Assembly (NCBI GenBank): GCA_965218585.1
Contig: CBDCLE010000009.1
Location: 64,001-128,000, forward strand
Reading direction: 5' to 3'
Source: Terriglobia bacterium
Lineage (GTDB): Bacteria; Acidobacteriota; Terriglobia; 20CM-2-55-15
Length of the DNA: 64,000 nt
Every line of letters starts with the position of its first letter. The stretch's first letter is position 1. A program made the translations under genes and the position numbers. Below, one piece after another: positions 62,233 through 64,000 of this stretch. The notes beneath the pieces are model-generated. The model had not been told where the DNA came from and did not search any database. It saw nothing but the letters and a program-made list of their open reading frames with translations.

Positions 62233-63699
62233 ATGGCCACTCTTCCCATCTATCGGGCTTCACTCTCTCTCCTGACCGATCTCTACGAGCTCACGATGGC
62301 GTATTCCTACTGGAAGACCGGGATAGCCGAGCGGGAGGCCGTCTTTGGTCTGTTTTTCAGAAAACATCCATTCGGAGGGGGCTATACCATCGCAGCAGGT
62401 CTGGAGTCGGTCGTCGAGTGGATCGACGAACTGGCGTTTACCGATGACGATTGCGCCTATCTCGGGCAGCTGACCGGAAACGATGGTCAACCTCTGTTTG
62501 ACCCGGAATTCCTCGACTACCTGGTGAGTATGGAGTTTGCCTGCGACGTGGATGCGGTTCCTGAGGGTACCGTGGTTTTTCCACGACAACCCCTCGTGAG
62601 AGTGACGGGTCCGATTCTGCAATGCCAGATTCTGGAAACGGCGCTTCTGAACCTGATGAACTTTCAATCCCTGATCGCGACGAAGGCCGCCCGCGTTTCG
62701 AAGGCCGCCCGCGGAGATCCTGTTATCGAGTTCGGATTGCGGCGAGCGCAAGGCATCGATGGTGGTCTGACGGCGAGCCGAGCCGCTTATCTCGGAGGGT
62801 GCGCGGCTACCTCCAATCTTCTGGCGGGAAAGTTGTTCGGTATTCCCGTGAAGGGGACCCTCGCCCACAGTTGGGTCATGTGTTTCGACACCGAACTGGA
62901 ATCGTTCGAGAGATATGCGGCAGCGATGCCCAACAACTGCGTCTTCCTCGTAGACACATACGATTCGCTGGAAGGCGTTCGCCACGCCATTACAGCCGGC
63001 GGCAAGCTTCGGGAAATGGGGCACCGGATGATGGGCATACGACTGGATTCGGGCGATCTCGCGTATCTGAGTATCGAAGCCCGGCGGATGCTGGACGACG
63101 CAGGATTTTCCGAATCAGTCATTCTTGCCAGCAACAACCTGGACGAAAGCGTGATCACAAGTCTGAAGGAGCAGGGCGCCACGATCAGTGTCTGGGGCGT
63201 GGGTACTCATCTGGTGACCGCGTTCGACGAACCGGCACTGGGCGGCGTCTATAAGCTGACTGCGGTCCGGGACGATCCTGACGAGCAGTGGAACTATCGA
63301 CTCAAGCTCTCCGAGCAGGTGAACAAGGCGTCTATTCCCGGGGTCCTGCAGGTACGGCGTTTTTCAAGGGACGGCGAGTTTCTGGCCGATGTCATCTATG
63401 ACACCCAACTCGGGCTTCCCGATCCTGTTGTCGCTGTGGACCCCATTGATGCGACTCGAAGAAAGCAGATTCCTGCCGACGCATCCCAATCGGATCTCCT
63501 GCTTCCTGTGTTTCGGGGCGGGCAGCGCGTTGGGAGGCTGCCCGAGCTTGAAGAAGCCAGATCCCACTGCAGATCACAGCTCGACGGACTCCACACTGGC
63601 ATCAAGCGGTTTGTAAATCCTCATGACTATCCTGCCGGCGTTGCGGAAAACCTCTTCGAACTTCGGAATCGCATGATACTGGAACTCAAGAAACGATGA
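62233..63699 (+). CDS. pncB: Nicotinate phosphoribosyltransferase
   Basis: LTDLYELTM, EFGLRRA, GTLAHS, LVDTYD, RLDSGD. Confidence 0.95.
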   Translation: MATLPIYRASLSLLTDLYELTMAYSYWKTGIAEREAVFGLFFRKHPFGGGYTIAAGLESVVEWIDELAFTDDDCAYLGQLTGNDGQPLFDPEFLDYLVSMEFACDVDAVPEGTVVFPRQPLVRVTGPILQCQILETALLNLMNFQSLIATKAARVSKAARGDPVIEFGLRRAQGIDGGLTASRAAYLGGCAATSNLLAGKLFGIPVKGTLAHSWVMCFDTELESFERYAAAMPNNCVFLVDTYDSLEGVRHAITAGGKLREMGHRMMGIRLDSGDLAYLSIEARRMLDDAGFSESVILASNNLDESVITSLKEQGATISVWGVGTHLVTAFDEPALGGVYKLTAVRDDPDEQWNYRLKLSEQVNKASIPGVLQVRRFSRDGEFLADVIYDTQLGLPDPVVAVDPIDATRRKQIPADASQSDLLLPVFRGGQRVGRLPELEEARSHCRSQLDGLHTGIKRFVNPHDYPAGVAENLFELRNRMILELKKR

Positions 63700-64000
63700 G
63701 GCAAGCGCTGATCCTGGTGGACCTGCAGAATGACTTCATGCCGGATGGTGCCCTGGGAGTTGCCGGTGGCGATGAGGTCGTCTCTGTCGCGAATCGGATG
63801 CAGGGTCTTTTCGATCTGGTTTTCGCAACCCAGGATTGGCATCCTTCCGACCACAGCAGTTTTGCCCGAAACCATCCGAGCCATGAGATCGGCGAAGTCA
63901 TCGATCTGGAGGGAATCGCTCAGGTCTTGTGGCCTGCACATTGTGTCGAGGATACCGAGGGTGCGGAACTGGTATCGACACTGGAAAAGTCCGGAATCAC
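63696..64000 (+). CDS. pncA: Nicotinamidase/pyrazinamidase (partial, runs off the window)
   Basis: MRQALILVDLQNDFMPDGAL, TQDWHP, LWPAHCV. Confidence 0.92.
   Translation, partial: MRQALILVDLQNDFMPDGALGVAGGDEVVSVANRMQGLFDLVFATQDWHPSDHSSFARNHPSHEIGEVIDLEGIAQVLWPAHCVEDTEGAELVSTLEKSGI

Overview
The window has two parts. About 2.0-18 kb is an accessory island at a tRNA-Leu(UAA). The tRNA is followed by a tyrosine-integrase remnant, and a degenerate tRNA-Leu 3' half with a second integrase-tail remnant closes the island at about 17.1 kb. The cargo genes (EAL/HDOD protein, amidohydrolase, PhoX, Ser/Thr kinase-beta-propeller, flavin reductase) are all on the + strand. They are separated by five same-orientation copies of a palindromic intergenic repeat of up to about 160 bp, often abutted by truncated gene stubs, which gives a cassette-like layout. 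Most cargo is broken by IS5, IS256 (two copies), IS1182 and a MITE. About 18-64 kb is core genome: transporters, nadE, Smr, lexA, an Hfq-like gene, an 8-gene MoxR/VWA operon, glyA, moeA-moaC-mogA, an 11-subunit nuo operon (no nuoEFG) with an NDUFAF7-type methyltransferase inserted, and pncB-pncA. The gene content suggests Acidobacteriota, which is an inference. All assignments come from motif recognition by eye; no searches were run. Several single-base frameshifts may be assembly errors.
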